From an uncultured Chloroflexia bacterium (lineage in GTDB: Bacteria; Chloroflexota; Anaerolineae; Anaerolineales; UBA4823), in contig CAWKGZ010000010.1 in assembly GCA_963849335.1 (NCBI GenBank), positions 81,835 through 145,834 on the forward strand: a stretch of 64,000 nucleotides of DNA. The letters run 5' to 3'. A program made the translations under genes and the position numbers. Every line of letters starts with the position of its first letter. Within the stretch, counting starts at the first letter, position 1. The notes below the pieces were generated by a model. The model was not told the origin of the DNA and did no database searches. It was given only the letters and a program-made list of their open reading frames with translations. Below are positions 63,669-64,000 of the stretch, piece after piece.

Positions 63669-64000
63669 ATGAAACTTCGCCTCTATCCAATCTTAGCATG
63701 CTTGCTTATCGCCCTGATGGTGACCAGTCCCGCCTACGGGCAGAATGAAGAGCAGTTGGTATTACGTTTAAATCGCGATTTTGGCTACGGAGGCATGGGC
63801 AATGATATCCAGGGGCTTTTCAGCCTGGAAATTCGCAATCCGCCTGCTGACCTGGCGCGGGTTGAATTTACCATTGACGGCGAGCTGCTCGCCGAGGATA
63901 GCGAAGCGCCTTTCAAGATCCAGTTCTCAACCGATAGTTATGCCCTCGGTGAGCATGTATTGGCCGCCACCGGCTACACAACCGATGGTAAAAGCTTGGT
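63669..64000 (+). CDS. Secreted protein with an Ig-like domain (3' truncated by window edge)
   Basis: Signal peptide MKLRLYPILACLLIALMVTSPAYG, then VEFTIDG....D..APF and GEHVL.A. Confidence 0.65.
   Translation, partial: MKLRLYPILACLLIALMVTSPAYGQNEEQLVLRLNRDFGYGGMGNDIQGLFSLEIRNPPADLARVEFTIDGELLAEDSEAPFKIQFSTDSYALGEHVLAATGYTTDGKSL

Overview
A 64 kb bacterial window, most likely from Chloroflexota/Anaerolineae (inferred from gene content, not verified). Bases 1-25.5 kb form one co-oriented Wood-Ljungdahl (WLP) supercluster. It runs cooS/acsA (partial), acsB, acsD, acsC, acsV/RACo, acsE, malic enzyme and a CxxC-less TrxR-like flavoprotein. It continues with tandem-module HdrA, MvhD(Cys), a giant HdrA/HdrL carrying a GltD-like NAD(P)H module, MvhD with an in-frame UGA plus a SECIS-like hairpin (selenocysteine), metV, metF, an hdrC-hdrB fusion, a degenerate one-cluster HdrC-like gene and two cooC/acsF. 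The rest is mostly housekeeping: a DUF166-like protein, an ECF sigma factor, tpiA-pgk-gap, yvcK, ROK kinase, recJ, GH3, a Ser/Thr kinase with an FHA regulator, tgt, uppP, pdhABC and an ABC transporter. A collapsed surface-glycan locus lies behind an RfaH/UpxY-like antiterminator at 28.7-31 kb. Several 1-2 nt insertions break conserved genes, including one that creates a false acsB-acsD fusion, and these look like assembly errors. No rRNA, tRNA, CRISPR array or transposase was recognised. All calls are by eye from motifs, and no database searches were run.
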